From: Escherichia coli
Lineage (GTDB): Bacteria > Pseudomonadota > Gammaproteobacteria > Enterobacterales > Enterobacteriaceae
Length of the DNA stretch: 64,000 bases
Reading direction: 5' to 3' (one strand)
Assembly (NCBI RefSeq): GCF_041248615.1
Contig: NZ_CP158426.1
The first letter of the stretch is position 1; every line of letters begins with the position of its first letter. Shown piece by piece: positions 1 to 10,828 of the stretch. A program made the translations under genes and the position numbers. The notes beneath the pieces were generated by a model. It was not told where the DNA came from. It saw only the letters and a list, made by a program, of their open reading frames with translations, and ran no database searches.

Positions 1-139
1 GTTTCACGTCTATCAGATATATGCAGTTTGTGAACGTCAGGGCGCAGAGATCCCCGGGCCGTATGCCCGTTTATTTCTGGCGACATTCTTTATGGATTGC
101 CGGGCGCATTGCGCTTACCCGGCTTACAGAACAAAAAGA

Positions 140-697
140 TTAAAACGTGGTGGGCGTATGGGCGCTGATAATTCGGCAAATACCTGCCGACGTATTACTG
201 AAACTGTGCGGGATGCCGGTATTAATGGCATAACTTTGCCCCGCGACGAGGTGGTAATCCTGACCATTAATCGTCAGAACAATTTCACCTTCCAGTACAG
301 TGCCTATTTCCTCACCCTGATGCTTAATTCTTTCCCCAGTGGTTGTGCCCGGCTGGTACGTTTCAAAGATCATCGCCAGCGTGCGATTCGGGTTACCGTT
401 ATGAACCAGCTTCATTGACACACCCTGACTGCCCATCTCAATTAAGTCGTCCTGATTAATGACGACCTGCGGCTCATCAGGTTTTTCCGGCTCGGAAAAG
501 AATTCCGAGAGTGACAGACCATACACCTTCAGCAGCTTTTGCAGCGTACTGATGGCAGGGCTGACTTTATCTTGTTCTATCGTACTGATAGCACTGTGAG
601 TCAGCCCGGAGAGTTCGGCGGCACGACGTTGTGAAAGCCCCTGCTGCTGGCGGATTTCCGACAAGCGTTTTCCTGGCGCCAGTCCCTCATCACTCAT
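140..697 (-). CDS. puuR: HTH-type transcriptional repressor PuuR (putrescine utilisation)
   Basis: 185-aa ORF recognised as E. coli PuuR (N-terminal HTH, C-terminal cupin); position downstream of puuD matches the puuDR arrangement. Confidence 0.9.
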   Translation of the reverse strand: MSDEGLAPGKRLSEIRQQQGLSQRRAAELSGLTHSAISTIEQDKVSPAISTLQKLLKVYGLSLSEFFSEPEKPDEPQVVINQDDLIEMGSQGVSMKLVHNGNPNRTLAMIFETYQPGTTTGERIKHQGEEIGTVLEGEIVLTINGQDYHLVAGQSYAINTGIPHSFSNTSAGICRIISAHTPTTF

Positions 698-723
698 ATT
701 TGCATTTCCTTAAACTGTAGTGG

Positions 724-1488
724 TCAGAGTCGCTGTTTTTCAGCGATATGGTGCTGACAAGCGGTGATAAAGCCCTCGAACAATATACGCGAAAGCGCGT
801 ACTCGCTACTGTTCCATTCCGGGTGCCACTGTACGCCCAGCGCAAAAGGATGATTGATGACGCTAACCGCCTCAACTAAGCCATCCGGCGAGCGAGCTTC
901 AACACGCAACCGTGGGCTAACGACCTTCGCCCCTTGTCCATGCAGAGAGTTTACCCAAAAGTTGCTACATTCAGGTAACAACGCAGACAGTAATCCCCCC
1001 TCTTCAACCAGAACTTCATGCGACGGCGCATATTGCTGCTCCACCGGCAGTTCGGGATCTTCCCGATGTTCCAGCAATTCAGGCTGTTCGCACAGCTTGC
1101 GATGCAACGAACCACCGGTTGCCACCACCAGTTCCTGTAAACCCCGGCAGATGGCGAAAATGGGGATGCGCCTTTCGAGTGCGGCATTAATTAACGCCAT
1201 GCTCAGAAGATCACGCCCGGGATCGGCGTCAGGCTCATCGCCGTTTTCACCATATAGGTGCGGCTGCACATTGCTGGGACTACCAGGAAGATAAATACCA
1301 TCGAGTTTCGGCAAAAGTTGTTCAAGTAATGACGGTTCCGCCAGCGCATGTGGCAGCGCAATTGGCAAGCCGCCTGCGTGGATGATGGCATTCAGGTACT
1401 TTTCTTGCAGAGTCTGGGTCGCATGACCCTTAAGCCTGTTCCTGCACATTACGACACCGATAACCGGATTGTTCATTATATTTTCCAT
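724..1488 (-). CDS. puuD: gamma-glutamyl-gamma-aminobutyrate hydrolase PuuD
   Basis: ORF matches PuuD (class I glutamine amidotransferase-like); start trimmed to the MENIMNNPVIG methionine giving 254 aa. Confidence 0.88.
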   Translation of the reverse strand: MENIMNNPVIGVVMCRNRLKGHATQTLQEKYLNAIIHAGGLPIALPHALAEPSLLEQLLPKLDGIYLPGSPSNVQPHLYGENGDEPDADPGRDLLSMALINAALERRIPIFAICRGLQELVVATGGSLHRKLCEQPELLEHREDPELPVEQQYAPSHEVLVEEGGLLSALLPECSNFWVNSLHGQGAKVVSPRLRVEARSPDGLVEAVSVINHPFALGVQWHPEWNSSEYALSRILFEGFITACQHHIAEKQRL

Positions 1489-1699
1489 GCTCAATCTCAC
1501 AAAGTGGACTAAATTATCGCCATTACTGCGCTTTAAATGACCTTTATGTTCAATATTTTTTCAATCTAGCAGTGGGTTTTCATTTTTGCAAACTCAATTT
1601 AACATTTGACAAACATTTAGTTTGCATACAGATTCGAATGGTGGTCATTATATTTTACGCTTTGATAACGAGCGGAAAACAAACCAAAGGCGAAGAATC
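1489..1699. promoter_or_regulatory. divergent puuD / puuA promoter-operator region
   Basis: 211-bp AT-rich intergenic region between divergently oriented puuD and puuA; the known site of PuuR control in E. coli; exact sites not mapped here. Confidence 0.5.
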
Positions 1700-3118
1700 A
1701 TGGAAACCAATATCGTTGAAGTAGAGAACTTTGTTCAGCAGTCAGAAGAGAGGCGGGGTAGCGCCTTTACGCAGGAAGTGAAACGCTACCTGGAGCGCTA
1801 CCCGAATACACAATATGTTGATGTTTTACTTACCGATTTGAATGGTTGCTTCCGTGGAAAACGTATTCCTGTTTCAAGCCTTAAGAAGCTCGAGAAAGGG
1901 TGTTATTTCCCGGCCTCGGTATTTGCAATGGATATTCTGGGTAATGTAGTAGAAGAAGCGGGCCTGGGTCAGGAAATGGGCGAGCCGGATCGTACCTGTG
2001 TTCCTGTTCTCGGTTCCTTAACCCCTTCTGCCGCCGATCCAGAGTTTATAGGTCAGATGCTCCTGACCATGGTCGATGAAGATGGCGCTCCCTTTGACGT
2101 TGAGCCGCGGAACGTTCTTAACCGCCTGTGGCAGCAGCTGCGCCAGCGCGGATTGTTCCCGGTCGTAGCGGTAGAGCTGGAGTTCTATTTACTGGATCGC
2201 CAGCGCGACGCTGAAGGGTATCTGCAACCGCCCTGCGCGCCCGGCACCGATGACCGCAATACACAAAGCCAGGTTTACTCCGTTGATAACCTCAACCACT
2301 TCGCCGACGTGCTCAATGATATTGATGAGCTGGCGCAGTTACAGCTGATTCCGGCAGATGGCGCGGTCGCCGAGGCCTCGCCAGGTCAGTTTGAAATCAA
2401 TCTTTACCATACCGATAACGTGCTGGAAGCTTGCGATGATGCGCTGGCACTAAAACGCCTGGTGCGTCTGATGGCAGAAAAGCATAAGATGCACGCCACT
2501 TTTATGGCGAAGCCGTATGAAGAGCACGCGGGCAGCGGGATGCATATCCATATCAGTATGCAAAATAACCGTGGCGAGAACGTGCTTTCTGACGCGGAAG
2601 GCGAAGATTCGCCGCTGCTGAAAAAGATGCTCGCCGGGATGATTGACCTGATGCCGTCATCAATGGCGTTGCTGGCACCAAACGTGAACTCGTATCGCCG
2701 CTTCCAGCCGGGAATGTATGTGCCGACGCAGGCGTCGTGGGGCCATAACAACCGCACCGTCGCCCTGCGTATTCCCTGCGGCGATCGCCATAATCACCGC
2801 GTGGAATATCGCGTGGCGGGTGCCGATGCCAACCCGTATCTGGTGATGGCGGCGATTTTTGCCGGTATTTTGCATGGCCTTGATAACGAACTGCCATTAC
2901 AGGAAGAAGTCGAAGGCAACGGGCTGGAACAGGAAGGCTTACCCTTCCCGATTCGCCAGAGCGATGCCCTGGGTGAGTTTATCGAGAATGATCACCTGCG
3001 CCGCTATTTAGGCGAACGCTTCTGCCATGTCTATCACGCCTGTAAAAATGATGAGCTGTTGCAGTTTGAGCGCCTCATCACAGAAACAGAAATTGAGTGG
3101 ATGTTGAAAAACGCGTAA
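1700..3118 (+). CDS. puuA: gamma-glutamylputrescine synthetase PuuA (glutamine synthetase family)
   Basis: ORF matches PuuA; start trimmed to METNIVEVENF giving 472 aa; the ORF-track start at 1622 is a non-ATG upstream extension. Confidence 0.9.
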   Translation: METNIVEVENFVQQSEERRGSAFTQEVKRYLERYPNTQYVDVLLTDLNGCFRGKRIPVSSLKKLEKGCYFPASVFAMDILGNVVEEAGLGQEMGEPDRTCVPVLGSLTPSAADPEFIGQMLLTMVDEDGAPFDVEPRNVLNRLWQQLRQRGLFPVVAVELEFYLLDRQRDAEGYLQPPCAPGTDDRNTQSQVYSVDNLNHFADVLNDIDELAQLQLIPADGAVAEASPGQFEINLYHTDNVLEACDDALALKRLVRLMAEKHKMHATFMAKPYEEHAGSGMHIHISMQNNRGENVLSDAEGEDSPLLKKMLAGMIDLMPSSMALLAPNVNSYRRFQPGMYVPTQASWGHNNRTVALRIPCGDRHNHRVEYRVAGADANPYLVMAAIFAGILHGLDNELPLQEEVEGNGLEQEGLPFPIRQSDALGEFIENDHLRRYLGERFCHVYHACKNDELLQFERLITETEIEWMLKNA

Positions 3119-3420
3119 TACCCCTTGCGGGGTTGTTTCATCGGCCTGAGCGGAGCCAGGCCTGACATTTGCTGGTAATCCAGACATTTCCCGGATGTCG
3201 CGTTATGGAGCGCAGGCGGCAACGGGCTTCCGTTAACGATTAAGACTGTGACGAGGAAATGAGATGATGCCGATGATTAAATCCCCGCATGGCGAGGGAG
3301 GCTGCGTATGCGCCCCTCCTGCGACTGACTGGACTCCGCCCCCTTTGCTTCCCTTGCTAAACAGGTTTGATTTCAGGTCGACACGACCGCAAACCTTATT
3401 ACGCAGGGGAGGCAGCAACT

Positions 3421-4806
3421 ATGGCTATTAATTCACCACTGACTATTGCTGCGCAATCTGGCAAAACCCGTCTGCGAAAATCACTGAAATTGTGGCAGGT
3501 GGTGATGATGGGTCTGGCCTATCTCACGCCGATGACCGTATTTGATACTTTTGGTATTGTCTCCGGCATTAGCGACGGTCACGTTCCGGCGTCCTATTTG
3601 CTGGCGCTGGCGAGCGTGCTGTTTACCGCTATCAGCTACGGCAAACTGGTTCGCCAGTTTCCGGAGGCCGGTTCGGCCTATACCTACGCGCAAAAGTCGA
3701 TTAACCCGCACGTCGGATTTATGGTCGGCTGGTCATCACTGCTGGATTATCTCTTTTTGCCAATGATCAACGTTTTGTTGGCGAAAATCTATCTCTCCGC
3801 CCTCTTCCCGGAAGTGCCGCCGTGGGTGTGGGTGGTAACCTTCGTCGCCATTTTAACCGCCGCGAATCTGAAGAGCGTCAACCTGGTCGCTAACTTCAAT
3901 ACCCTGTTTGTACTGGTGCAAATCTCCATCATGGTGGTGTTTATCTTCCTGGTGGTTCAGGGACTGCATAAAGGAGAAGGCGTTGGCACCGTCTGGTCAC
4001 TTCAGCCGTTTATCAGCGAGAACGCGCACCTGATCCCGATTATTACCGGGGCGACGATTGTCTGTTTCTCCTTCCTCGGTTTCGATGCGGTGACCACGCT
4101 TTCGGAAGAGACGCCGGACGCCGCACGCGTGATCCCGAAAGCCATCTTCCTGACGGCGGTATACGGCGGCGTTATCTTTATCGCTGCGTCGTTCTTTATG
4201 CAGCTGTTCTTTCCCGATATCAGCCGCTTTAAAGACCCGGACGCCGCACTGCCTGAAATTGCGCTATACGTCGGCGGCAAGCTCTTCCAGTCGATTTTCC
4301 TCTGTACCACGTTTGTGAACACGTTAGCGTCTGGCCTGGCGTCGCACGCCAGCGTGTCGCGTCTGCTGTATGTGATGGGGCGTGACAATGTGTTTCCGGA
4401 GCGCGTGTTTGGCTATGTGCACCCGAAATGGCGGACTCCGGCACTGAACGTCATTATGGTCGGGATTGTCGCGTTGTCAGCGCTGTTCTTTGATTTAGTC
4501 ACCGCGACAGCATTGATTAACTTCGGTGCTCTGGTGGCATTTACCTTCGTAAATCTGTCGGTGTTTAATCATTTCTGGCGGCGTAAAGGAATGAATAAAA
4601 GCTGGAAGGATCACTTCCACTATTTGCTGATGCCGCTGGTTGGCGCGCTGACGGTGGGTGTGCTGTGGGTTAATCTCGAGTCAACGTCACTGACACTCGG
4701 TCTGGTATGGGCTTCGTTAGGCGGCGCATATTTGTGGTATCTGATCCGCCGCTATCGCAAAGTGCCGTTGTATGATGGTGACAGAGCGCCGGTGAGCGAA
4801 ACGTAA
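3421..4806 (+). CDS. puuP: putrescine importer PuuP (APC family permease)
   Basis: ORF matches PuuP from [12 protein letters not shown] (461 aa); multiple hydrophobic helices; ATG at 3421. Confidence 0.9.
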   Translation: MAINSPLTIAAQSGKTRLRKSLKLWQVVMMGLAYLTPMTVFDTFGIVSGISDGHVPASYLLALASVLFTAISYGKLVRQFPEAGSAYTYAQKSINPHVGFMVGWSSLLDYLFLPMINVLLAKIYLSALFPEVPPWVWVVTFVAILTAANLKSVNLVANFNTLFVLVQISIMVVFIFLVVQGLHKGEGVGTVWSLQPFISENAHLIPIITGATIVCFSFLGFDAVTTLSEETPDAARVIPKAIFLTAVYGGVIFIAASFFMQLFFPDISRFKDPDAALPEIALYVGGKLFQSIFLCTTFVNTLASGLASHASVSRLLYVMGRDNVFPERVFGYVHPKWRTPALNVIMVGIVALSALFFDLVTATALINFGALVAFTFVNLSVFNHFWRRKGMNKSWKDHFHYLLMPLVGALTVGVLWVNLESTSLTLGLVWASLGGAYLWYLIRRYRKVPLYDGDRAPVSET

Positions 4807-4939
4807 TAGTCGGATGCGCGGCGCATTATCCTGCCTGAGGGTAATGCACCGCGCCATTAACTATAAAAAGATGTATGACCCGGATCACGAGTGCTATCAT
4901 CCGCCCTTATGCTTAGCGCATTAACCCCAGGGGGAAATA

Positions 4940-5185
4940 ATGAACCACGATATCCCGCTAAAATATTTTGATATTGCCGATGAGTACGCGACCGAATGCG
5001 CAGAGCCTGTCGCAGACGCTGAACGCACACCGCTGGCCCTCTACTTCCAGTTACTGCTCACCCGTTTGATGAACAATGAAGAGATCAGCGAAGAAGCCCA
5101 ACATGAAATGGCTGCTGAAGCGGGGATTAATCCCGTACGCATTGATGAGATCGCAGAGTTTTTGAATCAATGGGGTAATGAGTAA
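4940..5185 (+). CDS. ymjA: small protein YmjA (DUF2543)
   Basis: 81-aa ORF matching E. coli YmjA; conserved position between puuP and sapA. Confidence 0.8.
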   Translation: MNHDIPLKYFDIADEYATECAEPVADAERTPLALYFQLLLTRLMNNEEISEEAQHEMAAEAGINPVRIDEIAEFLNQWGNE

Positions 5186-5218
5186 TTATTTCATTGCAGA
5201 CGCTCGGTCAGTATCGTT

Positions 5219-5249
5219 GCCCGGATAAAGCGTTCACGCCGCATCCGGC
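5219..5249. repeat. REP (repetitive extragenic palindromic) element
   Basis: sequence gcccggataaagcgttcacgccgcatccggc is the reverse complement of the canonical REP core GCCGGATGCGGCGTGAACGC-TTATCCGG; extragenic, downstream of ymjA. Confidence 0.6.
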
Positions 5250-5497
5250 TAACAATGACGCGCACTGCAGCGTGCTTTAATGGGTTTCTCACGATCGTAC
5301 CGCTCTGCTCCTCGCTAAGTTGTTCTGTGAGTTATAGTTATAGAGAAATCACGGGTACGAATGTTGAACAGATGGCGACGTCACCTGTTCAACGACCAAC
5401 CACACGGCCCTCATTACGACCCCTGAACACAAACGGTAATGGCAAATGTCATTAAATATTAGTAAGATAGCCTCTTTACATAAAATCCCTTAATATT

Positions 5498-7141
5498 ATG
5501 CGCCAGGTATTATCGTCTCTTTTGGTGATTGCTGGACTTGTGAGTGGTCAGGCAATCGCCGCGCCTGAATCCCCCCCGCATGCTGATATCCGCGACAGCG
5601 GTTTTGTCTATTGCGTCAGCGGGCAAGTCAACACCTTTAACCCATCCAAAGCGAGCAGTGGGTTAATTGTCGATACCCTTGCCGCCCAGTTTTATGATCG
5701 ACTGCTGGATGTCGATCCCTATACCTATCGCCTGATGCCGGAACTTGCCGAAAGCTGGGAAGTTCTCGATAACGGCGCGACCTATCGCTTCCACCTGCGT
5801 CGCGATGTTCCGTTTCAAAAAACCGACTGGTTTACTCCCACTCGTAAAATGAATGCCGACGATGTGGTGTTTACCTTCCAGCGAATTTTTGACCGCAACA
5901 ACCCGTGGCATAACGTCAACGGCAGCAACTTCCCCTACTTCGACAGCCTGCAATTTGCCGATAACGTGAAAAGCGTCCGCAAACTGGATAATCATACGGT
6001 TGAGTTCCGACTCGCCCAGCCGGATGCTTCTTTTTTGTGGCACCTGGCGACCCATTATGCATCGGTCATGTCGGCAGAATATGCCCGGAAGTTAGAGAAA
6101 GAAGATCGTCAGGAACAACTCGACCGTCAGCCGGTCGGCACTGGACCGTATCAGTTGTCGGAATACCGCGCCGGGCAATTTATTCGCCTACAACGTCATG
6201 ATGACTTCTGGCGCGGCAAACCGTTAATGCCGCAGGTGGTGGTGGATTTAGGCTCCGGCGGCACCGGACGTCTGTCGAAACTCCTGACTGGTGAATGCGA
6301 CGTTCTGGCCTGGCCTGCTGCCAGCCAGCTATCCATTTTGCGTGACGACCCACGCTTGCGTTTAACGCTGCGTCCAGGGATGAATGTCGCCTATCTGGCA
6401 TTTAACACCGCTAAACCGCCGCTAAATAATCCCGCTGTCCGCCATGCGCTGGCACTGGCGATCAATAACCAGCGTCTGATGCAATCCATCTATTATGGTA
6501 CGGCTGAAACGGCAGCCTCTATTTTACCGCGCGCCTCGTGGGCCTATGACAACGAGGCTAAAATTACTGAATATAATCCGGCGAAATCGCGCGAACGGTT
6601 GAAGGCGTTGGGGCTGGAAAACTTAACGCTGAAACTGTGGGTACCAACACGTTCGCAGGCGTGGAACCCCAGTCCACTGAAAACTGCCGAATTGATTCAG
6701 GCGGATATGGCACAGGTTGGCGTAAAAGTGGTGATTGTGCCGGTAGAAGGTCGTTTTCAGGAGGCGCGGTTGATGGATATGAGCCATGATCTGACGTTAT
6801 CCGGTTGGGCGACGGACAGTAACGACCCGGACAGTTTCTTCCGTCCGTTACTGAGCTGCGCAGCAATTCATTCGCAGACCAACCTCGCCCACTGGTGCGA
6901 TCCGAAATTCGACAGCGTATTGCGTAAGGCGCTCTCTTCGCAGCAGCTGGCGGCGCGTATTGAAGCCTATGACGAAGCGCAAAGTATTCTGGCGCAGGAA
7001 TTACCTATTCTGCCGCTGGCGTCGTCATTGCGCTTGCAGGCCTATCGGTACGATATCAAAGGTCTGGTACTTAGTCCGTTTGGTAACGCCTCCTTTGCTG
7101 GGGTGTATCGCGAGAAACCGGATGAGGTGAAAAAACCATGA
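5498..7141 (+). CDS. sapA: peptide ABC transporter periplasmic binding protein SapA
   Basis: 547-aa ORF with N-terminal signal peptide; matches SapA; first gene of sapABCDF. Confidence 0.9.
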   Translation: MRQVLSSLLVIAGLVSGQAIAAPESPPHADIRDSGFVYCVSGQVNTFNPSKASSGLIVDTLAAQFYDRLLDVDPYTYRLMPELAESWEVLDNGATYRFHLRRDVPFQKTDWFTPTRKMNADDVVFTFQRIFDRNNPWHNVNGSNFPYFDSLQFADNVKSVRKLDNHTVEFRLAQPDASFLWHLATHYASVMSAEYARKLEKEDRQEQLDRQPVGTGPYQLSEYRAGQFIRLQRHDDFWRGKPLMPQVVVDLGSGGTGRLSKLLTGECDVLAWPAASQLSILRDDPRLRLTLRPGMNVAYLAFNTAKPPLNNPAVRHALALAINNQRLMQSIYYGTAETAASILPRASWAYDNEAKITEYNPAKSRERLKALGLENLTLKLWVPTRSQAWNPSPLKTAELIQADMAQVGVKVVIVPVEGRFQEARLMDMSHDLTLSGWATDSNDPDSFFRPLLSCAAIHSQTNLAHWCDPKFDSVLRKALSSQQLAARIEAYDEAQSILAQELPILPLASSLRLQAYRYDIKGLVLSPFGNASFAGVYREKPDEVKKP

Positions 7142-8103
7142 TTATCTTCACCTTACGCCGCATTTTGTTATTGATTGTCACCTTGTTCCTGCTGACCTTC
7201 GTTGGCTTCAGCTTGAGCTATTTCACCCCACATGCGCCGTTACAAGGCGCGTCACTGTGGAATGCCTGGGTGTTCTGGTTTAATGGCCTGATCCACTGGG
7301 ATTTTGGTGTTTCCAGCATTAACGGTCAACCGATTGCCGAACAGTTAAAAGAGGTCTTCCCGGCGACGATGGAACTGTGCATCCTCGCCTTCGGTTTTGC
7401 GCTGATTGTTGGCATCCCCGTGGGGATGATTGCCGGGATTACGCGCCATAAGTGGCAGGATAACTTGATCAACGCCATCGCCTTACTGGGCTTTTCCATC
7501 CCGGTGTTCTGGCTGGCGCTTCTGTTGACGCTGTTTTGTTCACTCACGCTAGGTTGGTTGCCCGTTTCAGGGCGTTTCGATCTGCTCTACGAAGTGAAAC
7601 CGATTACCGGTTTTGCGTTGATTGATGCCTGGCTTTCGGACTCACCATGGCGGGATGAAATGGTCATGAGCGCAATCCGCCATATGATATTGCCCGTGAT
7701 CACCCTGTCGGTTGCGCCAACAACTGAAGTGATCCGACTGATGCGTATTAGCACTATCGAAGTGTATGACCAGAACTATGTTAAAGCAGCGGCGACCCGC
7801 GGTTTGTCGCGCTTTACTATTTTGCGTCGCCACGTTCTGCATAACGCGTTACCTCCGGTTATTCCTCGCCTGGGCTTACAGTTTTCTACCATGCTGACGC
7901 TGGCGATGATCACCGAAATGGTTTTTAGCTGGCCGGGTTTAGGCCGCTGGTTAATTAACGCTATCCGCCAGCAGGATTACGCAGCCATTTCCGCCGGAGT
8001 GATGGTGTGTGGCTCACTGGTCATTATTGTTAACGTGATTTCTGATATTTTGGGTGCCATGGCTAACCCTCTGAAACATAAGGAATGGTATGCCTTACGA
8101 TAG
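7138..8103 (+). CDS. sapB: peptide ABC transporter permease SapB
   Basis: 321-aa polytopic membrane ORF; 4-nt ATGA overlap with the sapA stop. Confidence 0.9.
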
Positions 8104-8980
8104 CGTATACAGCGAAAAGCGCCCGCCGGGCACGCTGCGTACCGCCTGGCGCAAATTTTATAGTGACGCCTCTGCGATGGTCGGCCTGTACGGCTGCGCG
8201 GGGCTGGCTGTACTGTGTATTTTTGGCGGCTGGTTTGCGCCTTACGGCATCGATCAGCAATTTCTCGGTTATCAATTATTGCCGCCGTCATGGTCGCGCT
8301 ATGGCGAAGTTTCTTTCTTCCTTGGGACTGACGACCTCGGACGCGATGTTTTAAGCCGTTTACTGAGCGGAGCTGCGCCAACCGTAGGCGGCGCATTTGT
8401 GGTGACGCTTGCCGCGACGATCTGTGGCCTGGTACTGGGCACCTTCGCCGGGGCGACGCACGGCCTACGCTCAGCGGTGCTTAACCATATTCTGGATACC
8501 TTACTGGCGATCCCTTCCCTACTGCTGGCAATTATCGTTGTAGCGTTTGCCGGACCGAGTTTGTCTCACGCCATGTTTGCCGTCTGGCTGGCGCTGCTGC
8601 CTCGTATGGTACGTTCGATTTACAGCATGGTGCATGACGAACTGGAAAAAGAGTACGTTATCGCCGCCCGTCTGGATGGCGCATCAACGCTGAATATTCT
8701 CTGGTTTGCTGTGATGCCAAACATCACCGCCGGGCTGGTCACCGAGATCACCCGCGCACTGTCGATGGCAATTCTCGATATCGCCGCGCTGGGCTTTCTC
8801 GATCTCGGCGCACAACTCCCCTCGCCTGAATGGGGAGCGATGCTCGGTGATGCGCTGGAACTGATTTATGTCGCCCCGTGGACTGTCATGCTGCCAGGTG
8901 CGGCAATTATGATTAGCGTGCTGTTGGTTAACCTCCTTGGCGACGGTGTCCGTCGTGCAATTATTGCGGGGGTGGAATAA
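8090..8980 (+). CDS. sapC: peptide ABC transporter permease SapC
   Basis: 296-aa membrane ORF; overlaps the sapB 3' end. Confidence 0.9.
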
Positions 8981-9972
8981 TGCCATTACTCGATATTCGT
9001 AACCTGACCATTGAATTTAAAACCGGTGATGAGTGGGTTAAAGCCGTCGACCGCGTAAGTATGACCTTAACCGAAGGTGAAATCCGCGGTCTTGTTGGCG
9101 AATCAGGTTCCGGCAAAAGTTTGATTGCGAAAGCAATTTGTGGGGTGAATAAAGATAACTGGCGTGTTACAGCTGATCGTATGCGTTTTGATGATATCGA
9201 TTTGCTGCGTCTCTCCGCACGAGAACGGCGCAAGCTGGTTGGTCACAACGTGTCGATGATTTTCCAGGAACCGCAGTCGTGTCTTGATCCTTCAGAACGA
9301 GTGGGTCGCCAGTTGATGCAAAACATCCCAGCCTGGACCTATAAAGGCCGTTGGTGGCAGCGTTTTGGCTGGCGCAAACGCCGTGCCATTGAACTGCTGC
9401 ACCGCGTGGGGATTAAAGATCACAAAGATGCGATGCGCAGTTTTCCCTATGAGTTGACCGAAGGCGAATGTCAGAAAGTGATGATAGCCATTGCACTGGC
9501 GAATCAACCGCGTCTGCTGATTGCTGACGAACCGACAAACTCAATGGAGCCAACAACCCAGGCGCAAATCTTTCGCCTCCTGACGCGTCTCAACCAAAAC
9601 AGCAATACCACTATTTTGCTTATCAGCCATGACTTACAAATGCTTAGCCAATGGGCGGATAAAATTAACGTGCTTTACTGCGGTCAAACGGTGGAAACCG
9701 CGCCAAGTAAGGAGTTGGTGACAATGCCACATCATCCTTATACCCAGGCGCTGATCCGCGCGATACCAGACTTCGGCAGCGCGATGCCGCATAAAAGTCG
9801 CCTCAATACGCTGCCCGGCGCTATCCCACTGCTGGAACAGTTACCGATTGGGTGTCGTCTGGGGCCGCGTTGCCCGTATGCACAACGAGAATGCATTGTG
9901 ACGCCACGTTTGACGGGGGCGAAAAATCATCTCTATGCCTGTCATTTCCCGCTGAACATGGAGAAAGAGTGA
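8980..9972 (+). CDS. sapD: ABC transporter ATP-binding protein SapD
   Basis: 330-aa ORF with Walker A GESGSGKS; start overlaps the sapC stop. Confidence 0.9.
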
Positions 9973-9973
9973 G

Positions 9974-10780
9974 ATGATCGAAACGCTGCTTGAAGTGCGT
10001 AATTTAAGTAAAACGTTCCGCTACCGGACCGGCTGGTTTCGTCGTCAGACCGTAGAAGCGGTAAAACCCTTGAGCTTTACGCTACGTGAAGGCCAGACAC
10101 TGGCGATTATTGGCGAGAATGGTTCGGGTAAATCCACGCTGGCAAAAATGCTGGCGGGAATGATAGAACCTACCAGCGGCGAGTTATTAATTGACGATCA
10201 TCCGCTGCATTTTGGCGATTATTCCTTCCGTAGTCAGCGTATTCGCATGATTTTTCAGGATCCTTCGACCTCGTTGAATCCCCGTCAACGTATCTCGCAA
10301 ATCCTGGATTTTCCACTGCGTCTGAACACCGACCTGGAACCGGAACAGCGTCGCAAACAGATTATTGAAACGATGCGTATGGTTGGGCTGCTACCGGATC
10401 ACGTCAGTTACTATCCGCATATGTTGGCACCCGGGCAAAAACAGCGTCTGGGGCTGGCGCGCGCGCTGATATTGCGCCCAAAAGTCATTATTGCCGATGA
10501 AGCCCTCGCCTCACTGGATATGTCGATGCGTTCGCAGTTGATTAATCTGATGCTGGAGTTACAGGAAAAACAGGGCATTTCGTATATTTATGTTACCCAG
10601 CATATCGGAATGATGAAGCACATTAGCGACCAGGTGCTGGTGATGCATCAGGGCGAGGTTGTCGAGCGAGGCAGCACCGCAGATGTGCTGGCATCGCCGC
10701 TGCATGAACTCACCAAACGGCTGATTACCGGTCATTTTGGCGAGGCATTGACGGCGGATGCGTGGCGTAAGGACCGTTAG
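9974..10780 (+). CDS. sapF: ABC transporter ATP-binding protein SapF
   Basis: 268-aa ORF with Walker A GENGSGKST. Confidence 0.9.
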   Translation: MIETLLEVRNLSKTFRYRTGWFRRQTVEAVKPLSFTLREGQTLAIIGENGSGKSTLAKMLAGMIEPTSGELLIDDHPLHFGDYSFRSQRIRMIFQDPSTSLNPRQRISQILDFPLRLNTDLEPEQRRKQIIETMRMVGLLPDHVSYYPHMLAPGQKQRLGLARALILRPKVIIADEALASLDMSMRSQLINLMLELQEKQGISYIYVTQHIGMMKHISDQVLVMHQGEVVERGSTADVLASPLHELTKRLITGHFGEALTADAWRKDR

Positions 10781-10787
10781 TGTTTTG

Positions 10788-10824
10788 CACCTCATCCTGA
10801 CAGGGCCCCCCTCAGGATGAGGTG
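10788..10824. terminator. bidirectional hairpin between the convergent sapF and MFS genes
   Basis: perfect inverted repeat cacctcatcctga ... tcaggatgaggtg with a short loop. Confidence 0.6.
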
Positions 10825-10828
10825 TTCA

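Noticed and set aside
92-418. 108-aa ORF on the plus strand at the left edge
   Set aside because: Lies antisense within and across the puuR coding region; no RBS, atypical composition; puuR on the opposite strand is clearly the real gene
1622-1699. N-terminal extensions in the ORF track (puuA, puuP, pyrF, ribA, topA, tonB, yciF, yciG, yciO, IS200 tnpA, tetR-like regulator and others)
   Set aside because: The track opens ORFs at the first possible start (including non-ATG); the extensions lack an RBS and exceed the known protein lengths, so starts were trimmed to the conserved initiation codons
4807-4939. Possible REP-like palindrome downstream of puuP (ggatgcgcggcgcattatcc ...)
   Set aside because: Only partial similarity to the REP consensus and imperfect symmetry; more likely just the puuP terminator region
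5380-5420. 9-bp inverted repeat gttgaacag ... ctgttcaac upstream of sapA
   Set aside because: Isolated short inverted repeat with a 13-nt loop in a promoter region; insufficient evidence for a specific function
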